This document shows, piece by piece, positions 38,467 to 50,930 of a DNA stretch of 64,000 bases. The position numbers and the translations under genes are program-made. The notes under the pieces were generated by a model. The model did no database searches and was not told where the DNA came from. It was given only the letters and a program-made list of their open reading frames with translations. Origin of the DNA: Laetmonice hystrix (Eukaryota); NCBI GenBank assembly GCA_965235115.1, contig OZ249447.1, forward strand, positions 1,860,001 to 1,924,000, in the 5' to 3' direction. Positions within the stretch are counted from its first letter, which is position 1; each line of letters starts with the position of its first letter.

Positions 38467-39164
38467 ATGCATGGCCGAAAGGTCAACTGAGCGGGAGTGG
38501 CAAACATGGACACCCCCGATTGTCTGTCTATAAAGGTATAATGTTTATTGTGGGCCAGAGAATAGACTAGTAAAACCACCTCTTACACCTCCCCCGAAAC
38601 TATTACCCACATCTCAATGGTCGTTATGGTTAGTTTCCGTACATATTCTCTGGTTCTCTTTAAGATAAAACTTTGAGAATTAGAACGTTTTCCCCTTGTA
38701 AACATTGTAAGATCCGTACTGCCCCGAAGCAGTCGCATACCTAGACCTTCAAGTTTACGTACCTGATGATCGTACAGACGCCATGGACAGCGATGTTTGG
38801 GAACTCTCCGACCTTTGCACACTTCAAACAGGTTACTGCTCTCTGTAAAATATAGACCTTGTAATATGTATAGTTGCCACGCTTGGAGCTAGGTTTAACT
38901 ATTGTCATTCAACAGACCTTCCCTATACAGGCATTCCCGGCAGCATTAACTCAGTTTATGATTTTCTATGTATTACGGGCATTATGTTTATTATGTGTAT
39001 CTGTACGCCAATAAATCAACTACAAACAGACCTTTCTCAGCTTCACCAGGAACCTTCCGAAATAAATACCCTGTGCACCCCAAGGTATATACATGTGATG
39101 TCTTACTTTTAAACAAAGAACCGGAGAAAACAAAACTCCAAGGAAATTACTTCCGTGTTAGCCC

Positions 39165-39287
39165 TTTCATATATGAACATACTCCGGGGGTTCGAACCCT
39201 TTCATACATGACCATACTCCGGGAGTTCGAACCCTTTCAGACATGACCATACTTCGGGGGTTCGAACCCTTTCATACTTGACCATAC
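39165..39287. repeat. 35-bp tandem repeat (~3.5 copies) carrying B-box-like GGTTCGAACCC
   Basis: CATGACCATACTCCGGG(A/G)GTTCGAACCCTTTCA(T/G)A units. Confidence 0.8.
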
Positions 39288-39523
39288 TTTTAAAGAAGTC
39301 CGAACGCTTTCATTGCTCCAAGAGCGCGGAACATGCAGTGACGCCATCTAGCGGTGATGTTATACAAACATTGGCAGGCGACGAGTCCACCCTCCAGTTT
39401 TCGGTACGAAGAAAAGTAATAATGGACGAGGCGAACCATGTCCAATATCCTCTTATCGGAGGCCCGTAAACTGTATAGTGGAAGAACTGCCATCCAACAT
39501 TTGCTTTATTATAGGCTACACTT

Positions 39524-39727
39524 ATGCTCATTCTGGGTAAGCGATTGTCATACGCATTGCTAAAACGACGACAAAACCGTAAAAAAAGACGATGGTACAT
39601 GAGACCACTAAATGTGAGAAGGACTGTAAATGGTGAATTTCACTGGCCGGTCAAAGATATTTGTGCTAATCAGGATAACGAAATTCACTCCTTCAATTAT
39701 TCCATCATCCTCGGCCGGAGAAAATGA
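39524..39727 (+). pseudogene. PIF/Harbinger transposase N-terminal fragment (degenerate)
   Basis: KRRQNRKKRRWYMRPLNVRRTVNGEFH resembles the basic RRxW-xxP---RR---GEFH leader of animal Harbinger transposases. No DDE domain follows and element ends are undefined. Confidence 0.55.
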
Positions 39728-40006
39728 CATTTTCCTAGCGGTCATCATTGGTGGTCAGTGACCCGCTCAAAGGCAAAGCGCATGCGCAAAAAGTTCAATT
39801 TCCAAGATGTCGAACGGATTTGCCGACGATACGAGCGCGCGCGTCGTGTTATGGAGTGCAATGGACTCGAGTCCGCTTGAGCCCAATTATGTAACACTCA
39901 GTTACGTTGTCGGCGGATTGTCGGTGACCAAAAATATCCGTTTCGCATGGGGGTCAGCGGCCAAGTATGAATATTGGGCTTCAGATGAGCACCCCCCCCC
40001 CGCCCC

Positions 40007-40473
40007 TAGCCTGGTCCCCTGTGCCTACCATACGCATCCGCTATGTTAGGCCAGGTGCTGGCTAACAGAAAGCTGCGAAACGGAAGTGATTAAACTCAAA
40101 GCACTTCCGCATCCGTTCCGTTGGTCAGCGTTAACAGAGTGACCGACTTCTGCTTGGAGCGTGGCCATGGATATCCAGAACTAACCTGGGGAAAAATTCG
40201 CGGCCGGGAGTGGCCAATATGCCCATGCGTATGCAGACCGTAGCAGGTGTGGGGACCGATGACGCTATGTTTACTTCCAGAAGAACGAGGGCATTTAACA
40301 CTTGTATTTTAAAGGAACTGACGAAAATATCTGTATCTTGTTGGAGAATTACGGAGGGTACGGAACTACCTCGTTTGCGTCCATGTTTTCGATGGGCCAA
40401 TCACAATGCTCGCTTCGATTAGCCTTCACCAGGCTCAATATACGTAGTCAATGTAGAGCTGGGGACCAGGCTA
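40007..40473. mobile_element. Non-autonomous element with TAG termini (Academ-like)
   Basis: Perfect 13-bp TIR TAGCCTGGTCCCC / GGGGACCAGGCTA, flanked by C-rich sequence; no clean TSD. Confidence 0.65.
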
Positions 40474-42115
40474 CACCCCCCCCCCCCACCGTCCCCAAAA
40501 ATAAAAATAAAAAACAGAAAGCCATTGGACCTAGCCTATATTCATACAAATTCAGTGTTGAAGGCTTATGATTGGTTGGCCCCCGTGCCCCCCTCCCCCC
40601 GGATCCGTGCCTGAGTTGATAGACGTTACAAATCTACTAGCAAAACTCTCCGATATTACGTGGAAATGTGCCCCGTGAGTTACCACTAGATGGCAGTGCA
40701 GGGTCCACCTGACTCCCCTGGTGGCTCGGCTGTTACGCTCTCTAGTGATGTTTGCGCCAGTCATGCCTGCAGATATATGTCACGACTAAACGGAAAATAT
40801 ACGTTTATTGTCCTTTTTATTCTACTACACAGCAATATAAGACGCTAGCTATGGAGTCCACGCACGCCATCGCCACCTGGTGTTGGGGACGCAGGAACAT
40901 GTCGACGAGAAGCCTGGAGGTATAATATTGTGGCGACACCACGTCCGGTTCACACACACATTTTATCACTCTCATCGTTATGTCCTATACATATCTCTCT
41001 CCTATACTCAGGTTGAGTCAGGTTGGGCTACAAAATGTTTATGGGCCTCAGTCCTTCTCTGACAGCATTTTACCCTGACATTGGGCCGGGCCTCAGGTCT
41101 TCTCTGACAGCATTTTACCCTGCCATAGGGCGCACAAGTCTCGTGTCCTGGATATGCAAATGAGCTGAAATAGCCTCGAAACGCGTCGCTCTGGTAGGCC
41201 GAACACCCGCAAAGGGTCATGGGATCGAGGCTATCGCTCTGGCACCTAAACGATTGTTACGTCACAATTCCCCCATTGCTTTAACACAGGATGAGAAAAC
41301 ACACTTTCAAACATCGACCAGATTTTTAATAATTTTGACATCTAAACCATAAAACGTATTTTTTCATACGTACAACAGGTTGGTGCTCTTGTTTTGTAAG
41401 GTACAACTTTGAATGCGCCCTAGCAATGAAATGATAATATTTAGAAGTTGGCAGCTGCCGGCTCCTATGGGAGTCGCAATGCTAAAGTGACGAGACTATG
41501 ATCGCGTGGGTGCCAAACGTCACAGTTCTCGAGATTTCTTGTGCTGTATCGTGACCTACTTGCGCCCCCTATTGCTACACGAGTCGTAGTTTCACAATGA
41601 AACACGCCCACTTACCAGATCGCTGGACTCCAGGGGTTCTATAGTCTTTATGACAGGTTTAATACACATAGTAAATGGGTTTAATATGTTGTACCGTAAT
41701 TCAAATAAATAGTTTGCCGGAAACTACCCACTGGAAATGTAATGACGGGCATTGATGGACAAAATACAAATAAATAACATTAAATAACGTAATACGTTAA
41801 ACGGTTCCCCTGACCCTTGGAACAAAAACACGAAATTTAAAAAGGCTTAGCCCTTCCGTCTCCGTATCAAAAACGTAAAGTGTTCTTTCCTCCTCATTCA
41901 AATAGAGTTACCATACCCATGGAGACCTGAGTCGCCATCTATCGGATCCATGTCACACTGACATCACACACTCGTCCAACCGATACGGGAGCCCTGTACA
42001 CAATCATCGGTTTCAAGAAAACCGGGTTCTCTGTTCTGTGTCAGCCATTTTATGCTCTCAGTGTACTCGGCATTTAGACCATTAGACACATGGCATGCTT
42101 TCCTGCAGCTTTAGG

Positions 42116-42429
42116 CTTACACTAAGTCTTGTAACAATCTAATTAAAATTAGATCTTAGTTATTTCGCATGCGCTACATACTAGGATCTAACGGCATCCC
42201 GTATGGGGTCACCTCAGGCTGACCTTTGACCCAGATTCAAGTGTGCCTACGAGCGCACACCGAAGATTTCGTAGGCGGCTTGTTGATTGGCTGAATCCCG
42301 AGGTCAACCTGAGGTGACCCCTAATGGGATGTCCTTAGATCTAGACGTATGGAGCGCAGCCAGCACCGACACAGCCGAGAGAGACGCGGAATACCAAGAT
42401 CTAATTTTAATTAGATTGACACTTGTAAG
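42116..42429. mobile_element. Foldback element/MITE with long imperfect inverted arms
   Basis: CAATCTAATTAAAATTAGATCTT and GGGGTCACCTCAGG(C/T)TGACC blocks each occur as inverted pairs. Confidence 0.7.
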
Positions 42430-42542
42430 TGCTATCTGGGAGACCATTCACCTCACCATCATCCATGTTGGTACTTCTATCCGATATTGCACGTTACGAT
42501 AAGAACATAAATCACTAAATTAAAAACCGAGAAATGGCTCCG

Positions 42543-43015
42543 TGTCTGGGACCGCTTGGCCAGTATCGTCCTTGAGCTCCTTGTCTGGGACCGCTTGGCC
42601 AGTATCGTCCTTGAGCTCCTTGTCTGGGACCGCTTGGCCAGTATCGTCCTTGAGCTACTTGTCTGGGACCGCTTGGCCAGTATCGTCCTTGAGCTCCTTG
42701 TCTGGGACCGTTTGACTAGTATCGTCCTTGAGCTCCGCGTGTCTGGGACCGCTTGGCCAGTATCGTCCTTGAGCTCCGCGTGTCTGGGACCGCTTGGACA
42801 GTATCGTCCTTGAGCTCCTTGTCTGGGACCGCTTGGCCAGTATCGTCCTTGAGCTCCTTGTCTGGGACCGTTTGACTAGTATCGTCCTTGAGCTCCGCGT
42901 GTCTGGGACCGTTCGACTAGTATCGTCCTTGAGCTCCGCGTGTCTGGGACTGTTCGACTAGTATCGTCCTTGAGCTCTGCGTGTCTGGAACCGCTTGGCC
43001 AGTATCGTCCTTGAG
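42543..43015. repeat. Minisatellite, 39/41-bp unit, ~12 copies
   Basis: Unit GTCTGGGACCGCTTGGCCAGTATCGTCCTTGAGCTCCTT. Confidence 0.95.
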
Positions 43016-43110
43016 CAAACGTACGTAATCAGTTGAAGGACGATTGTTCTATATGAAGTTCGACAGGAAATCGTCACATGTGGTACGATGATATTGTATC
43101 ACTGACGTCA

Positions 43111-43242
43111 TCAGTCTGATATGACGTCACTGACGTTGCGCAGAATGTTTGCGGTTGTCATGGTAGCGGGATCGTCCGTATTCGTCATAACGAGGGCGAA
43201 TTTAAAGAGTACAACGACGTAAGAGAGGATGAGGCCGAACAC
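43111..43242 (-). CDS. Gustatory receptor-like (GRL/7TM ion channel), last exon (TM7b and tail)
   Basis: TGATTGCAG| VFGLILSYVVVLFKFALVMTNTDDPATMTTANILRNVSDVISD*; phase 0; SYxxxLxKF corresponds to the TYxxxxxQF signature. It is the only good candidate I found scanning 7.4 kb by eye. Not in the ORF track. Confidence 0.75.
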   Translation of the reverse strand: MFGLILSYVVVLFKFALVMTNTDDPATMTTANILRNVSDVISD

Positions 43243-44058
43243 CTGCAATCATACAGCCAGTAAATGTCAACACAACAACTGTTCGTTAATATAAACCGAC
43301 GACAACAAACTTTGGAATATAAGGTAACGTTTTTCTTTCTTTCTTTATGTTTTTGTTGCCCCAAACGATTGAGGTGTTTGTGAGGGGACGATAGTAGGGC
43401 GCATGCGTCGTCTCCATGCTCCAACCCATGCACGGCTGGCGGATGTGAGAGGACTTCCGGCAGGCAATTCTTCTGAAGTTTATTTTGACTGATGGTCGTG
43501 CTTTGTTGTCCGCCAATAGCCTCTCTATGGAGGCGCGCTAATTACATTGAGCTGAAGGCTCAGCCAGGAGGGTGTTTAGACTGCTCGGAATGGCTAATGG
43601 GACTATCCGGAATGGTGGTCACATGTAACATGTACAAGTATAACTGCTCGAGGTGGTAAGACGCCATTGCTTTCTGTGGTGACAAATATCTCACTGCGCA
43701 ACTTACACCCGTCTAATTGGTGCTTTCCCAGCATAATTATAACAAAAACTACTACGCCATAATGTACAAACCGATAATGTAGTTACCAACAACGTAATTA
43801 CTTATCAAATGTAAAATACAAAATCTAATTACAAAGGAAATGTAAAGGATCCTCACGCTTTTTCAAAGTAACTGGGCTGATTTATTTCGTTGTAAAAGCT
43901 ACACAAAAGTTGGCTTCCCATATAATCATTGTATTTAGCTATGTGTAAAATGATGTGCCCTGTTTTATAGATTATGTTCAATCCATGCAGATGAAATGAG
44001 TCTAGGTTTATCGAATATTTATAACCCATATAATCACTCCGCGTCCTGTATGAAACCA

Positions 44059-45030
44059 CTCTGAACAAGACTTCCCCCTCAGGCTACTACCACAGCCTCA
44101 CCCTGGCTCCGACAAATAAACAGGACACATGCACTCTGAACAACACTTCCCCCTCAGGCTACTACCACAGCCTCACCCTGGCTCCGACAAATAAACAGGA
44201 CACATCCAATCTGAACAAGACTTCCCCCTCAGGATACTACCACAGCCTCACCCTGGCTCCAACAAATAAACAGGACACATGCACTCTGAACAAGACTTCC
44301 CCCTCAGGCTACTACCACAGCCTCACCCTGGCTCCGACAAATAAACAGGACACATGCACTCTGAACAAGACTTCCCCCTCAGGCTACTACCACAGCCTCA
44401 CCCTGGCTCCAACAAATAAACAGGACACATGCACTCTGAACAAGACTTCCCCCTCAGGTTACTACCACAGCCTCACCCTGGCTCCGACAAATAAACAGGA
44501 CACATCCACTCTGAACAAGACTTCCCCCTCAGGTTACTACCACAGCCTCACCCTGGCTCCGACAAATAAACAGGACACATGCACTCTGAACAAGACTTCC
44601 CCCTCAGGCTACTACCACAGCCTCACCCTGGCTTCGACAAATAAACAGGACTCATGCACTCTGAACAAGACTTCCCCCTCAGGCTACTACCACAGCCTCA
44701 CCCTCGCTCCGACAAATAAACAGGACTCATGCACTCTGAACAAGACTTCCCCCTCAGGTTACTACCACAGCCTCACCCTGGCTTCGACAAATAAACAGGA
44801 CTCATGCACTCTGAACAAGACTTCCCCCTCAGGCTACTACCACAGCCTCACCCTGGCTTCGACAAATAAACAGGACTCATGCACTCTGAACAAGACTTCC
44901 CCCTCAGGCTACTACCACAGCCTCACCCTCGCTCCGACAAATAAACAGGACTCATGCACTCTGAACAAGACTTCCCCCTCAGGCTACTACCACAGCCTCA
45001 CCCTCGCTCCGACAAATAAACAGGACACAT
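44059..45030. repeat. Minisatellite, 75-bp unit, ~13 copies (GRL intron 3)
   Basis: Unit CTCTGAACAAGACTTCCCCCTCAGGCTACTACCACAGCCTCACCCTGGCTCCGACAAATAAACAGGACACATGCA. Confidence 0.95.
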
Positions 45031-45868
45031 CCACTCGTAAAATCTGATGACTCTCACTGTCACACCCGGTTAAAGCCCTTTGAAAGGTTTCAGGGACACA
45101 AAAACAACTCAAAACGTGGGAAAAACGGAATAAATTCGGACAAAACAAAAAGGTCAGAGCTTTGGTGAAAAGTGTTTCCATCCCTAAAAGGGCGTTTTTT
45201 TGTTTTGTAAAGAGGATTCCGACTTGCCACATGGTTCCTTGACAGGCGTGACACTTCCCCTCGACTGCACCCTAACCCTCGGGGGCAACCCTAAGGCGTT
45301 TGATTGATTGCAAAATGACTTGGTTTTCATTCAGAATCGCCTTTTATTATTTAAAGTATAGATAACAGCTGTGAATCCCTCAGAGCCCTCGGGAGCTCTG
45401 GTCACCAAATCAGAGGTTTTATGGAGCCTTGCCACCACCGGTGTTACTGGTGACGTCGTGTTCCCAAGATCGCAGAAAGGCCACTTTAAGTCAGGACGGG
45501 TATCAACCCTTGGACCTTGAAGATCAAGATGAAAAGACTGACAGCCTCTTAGAGACAAAACGACGAGCAGGAGGAGAGAGCAGAACAAATAAAAGCACAA
45601 TCCCGGCTTTCGCCCCCCCCCCCGCCCCACGAGCAGAGACCAAGGTATGTTCCCATCGCCCGCACCAGGCCGTTCAGATTCAATAGGAATGTAACTCTCC
45701 GGGCAAGGAGTCGTAAAGGTGCCTTTCATTGCTCCCCGATATTTCAGTGCCTGGTGATTTATTGCCGCGCCTTGTAAACGGCTGGCGCAGGCATGTCTCA
45801 GAGGGCGACCGAATGATTGACATCTCTACAAATACTTCAAACCATTCACCAAGGACGACCATCGACCA

Positions 45869-47140
45869 CTGTCCCTCATGTCACACCGCAGGCTGCAACC
45901 CTTCTACCATACTCGTCCTTGACGCACAATCTCAGTCTGTCCCTCATGTCACACCGCAGGCTGCAACCCTTCTACCATACCCGTCCTTGACGCACAATCT
46001 CAGTCTGTCCCTCATGTCACACCGCAGGCTGCAACCCTTCTACCATACCCGTCCTTGACGCACAATCTCAGTCTGTCCCTCATGGAAGACACAACCGCAG
46101 GCTGCAACCCTTCTACCATACTCGTCCTTGACGCACAATCTCAGTCTGTCCCTCATGTAAGACACCACCGCAGGCTGCAACCCTTCTACCATACTCGTCC
46201 TTGACGCACAATCTCAGTCTGTCCCTCATGTAAGACACCACCGCAGGCTGCAACCCTTCTACCATACTCGTCCTTGACGCACAATCTCAGTCTGTCCCTC
46301 ATGTAAGACACAACCGCAGGCTGCAACCCTTCTACCATACTCGTCCTTGACGCACAATCTCAGTCTGTCCCTCATGTAAGACACAACCGCAGGCTGCAAC
46401 CCTTCTACCATACTCGTCCTTGACGCACAATCTCAGTCTGTCCCTCGATGTAAGACACAACCGCTGGCTGCAACCCTTCTGCCATACTCGTCCTTGACGC
46501 ACAATCTCAGTCTGTCCCTCATGTAAGACACAACCGCTGGCTGCAACCCTTCTGCCATACTCGTCCTTGACGCACAATCTCAGTCTGTCCCTCATGACAC
46601 ACCGCAGGCTGCAACCCTTCTACCATACCCGTCCTTGACGCACAATCTCAGTCTGTCCCTCATGTCACACCGCAGGCTGCAACCCTTCTACCATACCCGT
46701 CCTTGACGCACAATCTCAGTCTGTCCCTCATGTCACACCGCAGGCTGCAACCCTTCTACCATACTCGTCCTTGACGCACAATCTCAGTCTGTCCCTCATG
46801 TCACACCGCAGGCTGCAACCCTTCTACCATACCCGTCCTTGACGCACAATCTCAGTCTGTCCCTCATGTCACACCGCAGGCTGCAACCCTTCTACCATAC
46901 CCGTCCTTGACGCACAATCTCAGTCTGTCCCTCATGTAAGACACAACCGCAGGCTGCAACCCTTCTACCATACTCGTCCTTGACGCACAATCTCAGTCTG
47001 TCCCTCATGTAAGACACCACCGCAGCCTGCAACCCTTCTACCATACTCGTCCTTGACGCACAATCTCAGTCTGTCCCTCATGTAAGACACAACCGCAGGC
47101 TGCAACCCTTCTACCATACTCGTCCTTGACGCACAATCTC
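45869..47140. repeat. Minisatellite, 68/73-bp unit (GRL intron 3)
   Basis: CTGTCCCTCATGT(AAGA)CAC(A)ACCGCAGGCTGCAACCCTTCTACCATACTCGTCCTTGACGCACAATCTCAGT. Confidence 0.95.
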
Positions 47141-47627
47141 GGTTTATCTCGAGTTTTCTCGTCGATAATGGAAACGTCACCAGAGGGAGACGCCTGCCCC
47201 TCCAGCTGCCATGTTCAAGATGGCGTGTTGACTGACTCAAACACACGTGACGTCGGCCTCGGGTTCTGTGGCGGCGACCAGGTGCCATGTACGACGACTG
47301 CCAATGTTAGCGGGTCCAAGGGGACCCTTTAAAACTCGCGCCCACACCTGGGTGCCCACCCTAGCCCGCCTGTCTCTAATTGGGCCGGGATCAGGCCGAC
47401 TCGACATTCATTCAATCCCTCTCAGATGTTGGTCAGTCGGGGCGGGCCATTGTTTTTAATTAATTAAGTTGGCCTTTGTCGGCCTTTGAAAGTTATGGGG
47501 TTAAAGAAAGCGTGTAGGACTGTGTATATTTCGTGTGAGGGCTATAACAGTGAACGTGTATGGCTTTCGGGCTCGACCTCCGTGTGGGTATACCACCAGA
47601 TCATTCATGACGTGAACACAATAATAA

Positions 47628-47905
47628 TGATCGGATATTTACATCTGAGAACTAACGATCGTATATTTACATCTGAGAACTAACGATCGTATATTTACAT
47701 CTGAGAACTAACGATCAGACATTTACATCTGAGAACTAACGATCGTATATTTACATCTGAGAACTAACGATCAGACATTTACATCTGAGAACTAACGATC
47801 GGACATTTACATCTGAGAACTAACGATCGTATATTTACATCTGAGAACTAACGATCAGACATTTACATCTGAGAACTAACGATCGGACATTTACAGCTGA
47901 GAACT
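47628..47905. repeat. Minisatellite, 28-bp unit, ~10 copies
   Basis: Unit GATCGTATATTTACATCTGAGAACTAAC. Confidence 0.95.
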
Positions 47906-48655
47906 CCTTCGCATGCAGTCTCTACATCCCACTGGATAATTATAAACTTTAACACGTTCTGTTAGATGAGTTACTGACGCTAGAAAGAAACAAAAACTTC
48001 AGGAAAACTGGTGCTTAACGCTTGTGAATGGGAGTGGATAATAATTACACCCTCTCATAGTAATAAACATCAGCTTATATTTCATTACATAATCTGACAA
48101 TCAAGATTTGACGATTCAATTTAAATAAAAAAATCATGCCACGAAGGTTGAATGAAAAGGATACGGAAATAAATAATCTAAATGATGGACCCAGTATGAT
48201 ATCACTGATTGCGATTAGTGTAGCACAGTTTTATGACGATAGAACAAACAGTGCTATGCCACAGATGGCTGGATGGCTGCTTTATTAAAGAGACACCTTC
48301 CCCGATCGGACCGCGTACCGGCGGTTTCAGATTGTCTCCACTCGTTCAGTTTCGACCCGTGTGTGCTGTATGCAATCAGCAGACAGACTGATGCTGCTAC
48401 CAACAACATAACGCTATTCTGTCGCCATTGCTGTCTGTCTCGCTACTGTTGCCCACAATGTCCGGCAATGAAAGACGAGTATTTGAGATCCCAAACACAG
48501 AGCAAACGGAGAGTCTAAACTTCTAGTCTAATAGAGGTTTATCAAGTTTTGGTGCAGTTATATGACGGTCTATCCAGAGGTGAAAGACAGATTGAATGAA
48601 ATGTGCCCATGGACACTGAAAATTTGATCCAGACATCCAGGGCATAAAGAACAAC

Positions 48656-49545
48656 TGGACACTGGACACCGCATGGCACAACATACAGGACATGGCACTG
48701 CATGGCACAACATACAGAAAAACATGACACCGCATGGCACAACATACTGGACATGGCACTGCATTGCACAACATACAGGACATGGCACTGCATGGCACAA
48801 CATACTGGACATGGTACTGCATGGCACAACATACTGGACATGACACTGCATGGCACAACATACTGGACATGGCACTGCATTGCACAACATACTGGGCATG
48901 ACACTGCATGGCACAACATACTGGACATGACACTGCATGGCACAACATACTGGACATGGCACTGCATTGCACAACATACTGGGCATGACACTGCATGGCA
49001 CAACATACAGGACATGACACCGCATGGCACAACATACTGGACATGGCACTGCATTGCACAACATACAGGACATGACACTGCATGGCACAACATACAGGAC
49101 ATGGCACTGCATGGCACAACATACTGGGCATGACACTGCATGGCACAACATACTGGACATGACACTGCATGGCACAACATACTGGACATGGCACTGCATT
49201 GCACAACATACTGGGCATGACACTGCATGGCACAACATACAGGACATGACACCGCATGGCACAACATACTGGACATGGCACTGCATTGCACAACATACAG
49301 GACATGACACTGCATGGCACAACATACAGGACATGGCACTGCATGGCACAACATACTGGACATGACACTGCATGGCACAACATACTGGACATGACACTGC
49401 ATGGCACAACATACTGGACATGACACTGCATGGCACAACATACTGGACATGACACTGCATGGCACAACATACTGGACATGGCACTGCATGGCACAACATA
49501 CTGGACATGACACTGCATGGCACAACATACTGGACATGGCATGGC
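48656..49545. repeat. Minisatellite, 29-bp unit, ~30 copies
   Basis: Unit ACATGGCACTGCATGGCACAACATACTGG. Confidence 0.95.
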
Positions 49546-49563
49546 ATGGTACCGTTATGACCC

Positions 49564-49798
49564 GTCTATACCTGTTTGTGAAGGGTCTGTCTGTTGTGAA
49601 GGACCTTCCGTTATGACCGTTTAGAGCTGGGCCCACTCATCCCGGTCTATACCTGTTTGTGAAGGGTCTGCCTGTTGTGAAGGACCTTCCGTTATGACCG
49701 TTTAGAGCTGGGCCCACTCATCCCGGTCTATACCTGTTTGTGAAGGGTCTGCCTGTTGTGAAGGACCTTCCTTTATGACCGTTTAGAGTTGGGACCCA
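49564..49798. repeat. 81-bp tandem repeat, ~3 copies
   Basis: GTCTATACCTGTTTGTGAAGGG... starts at 49564 and again at 49645. Confidence 0.92.
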
Positions 49799-50127
49799 CT
49801 ATTATCTCTGTCGTTCAGCCATTCAGTACACCCCCTCCCTCCGACGTTTCTCAGAAGGCGTTTCATTAGCAAACACCAACGAACATTTCCTCTCGACCTT
49901 TTTTAAATGCCACGAGGGGAAGACTATTTCCCGTCAGCCCTACTCAACAGATCTAGGTTTTCCCTAATTCAACCAGCTGAAAGGTCAAGGACCGTTTCTA
50001 CCCGTACTCTGCATTGAATGTGTAGCGAGATTCCATCCTCACTTCCAGTATATGTCTACTCCTAGAATGTGGGATTTAGCCTACTGCCAACATCGCCCCA
50101 TCGGAGGCCTTTGAAGTGTGAGATAAG

Positions 50128-50345
50128 GAAGTAATCACAATAAACAGAGTAAGCATATTCATACAAGTAATCACAATAAACGGAGTAACCATATTCATAC
50201 CAGGAAGTAATCACAATAAACAGAGTACCCATATTCATACAAAGAAGTAATCACAATAAACAGAGTAACCCTATTCATACAAGTAATCACAATAAACGGA
50301 GTAACCATATTCATACAAGGGAGTAATCACAATAAACAGAGTAAC
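50128..50345. repeat. ~36-40-bp tandem repeat, 5-6 copies
   Basis: AAGTAATCACAATAAACAGAGTAACCATATTCATAC core. Confidence 0.9.
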
Positions 50346-50653
50346 GCATCTTCATGAAAAAAGGAAAATCTAAGGGGGGCCCGGGCCCCCTAGGCCCCCT
50401 GGATCCCCCATTGTCGTACGCTTCCGGGTGTAGGACAGTGACGACCACATGGGAGAACCCACAGGTGGCAAACCACTTCACAAGAGATTTCAGATTTCTT
50501 CATCGATTAAACCCTAATGTTTAGTTTTTCTGTTTAAATTTACGACAGCATTAGTGTTTGTAGCGATGAGATATGCCACAATGTATTAGTATGGTATGTT
50601 GTATATTGATATCTCTTATCGTAATATATAATTTCCCCGATCCCGATACTCAC

Positions 50654-50737
50654 CATGATGAGTAACGTTCGATCTATTCGTATTAGTTTCCACACTGTCA
50701 ACCCGATATGGTCGGTGGTCACACGGTTCAGGAACAC
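50654..50737 (-). CDS. GRL exon 3 (TM7a region)
   Basis: CTTTGCAG| VFLNRVTTDHIGLTVWKLIRIDRTLLIM |GTGAGT; 84 nt, phase 0/0; the F---V------GLT-W-L--ID pattern is typical of Gr/GRL proteins just before TM7b. Confidence 0.88.
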
Positions 50738-50775
50738 CTGCAAAGATTTTGTTTTTAAATAAGGGGATATTTCCT

Positions 50776-50930
50776 NNNNNNNNNNNNNNNNNNNNNNNNN
50801 NNNNNNNNNNNNNNNNNNNNNNNNNNNNNNNNNNNNNNNNNNNNNNNNNNNNNNNNNNNNNNNNNNNNNNNNNNNNNNNNNNNNNNNNNNNNNNNNNNNN
50901 NNNNNNNNNNNNNNNNNNNNNNNNNNNNNN
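50776..50930. other. Assembly gap (N run) in GRL intron 2
   Basis: Run of N. Confidence 0.99.

Larger units (their letters stand above)
35595..40698. promoter_or_regulatory. Cluster of five CTCF-consensus motifs (candidate insulator)
   Basis: Exact matches to CC[AG][CG][CT]AG[AG][GT]GGC[AG] at 35596-35608(-), 35794(+), 37432(+), 39342-39354(-) and 40683(+). Confidence 0.5.

Noticed and set aside
45331-45729. Possible nested exon in GRL intron 3 (+ strand ending AAG|GTATGT at ~45642, or - strand ORF with a hydrophobic stretch)
   Set aside because: Weak acceptor, no partner exons and no recognisable family; needs RNA-seq.
48001-48640. Nearer candidates for the GRL last exon (...HQFS* at ~48000; MGTFHS at ~48600)
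   Set aside because: No hydrophobic TY/SY helix in frame with a phase-0 acceptor; 43242 fits much better.
48523-49636. Cys-rich 325-364-aa ORFs (metallothionein- or keratin-associated-like)
   Set aside because: They come from the 29-bp array, whose unit is not a multiple of 3, so all three frames give the same peptide pattern.
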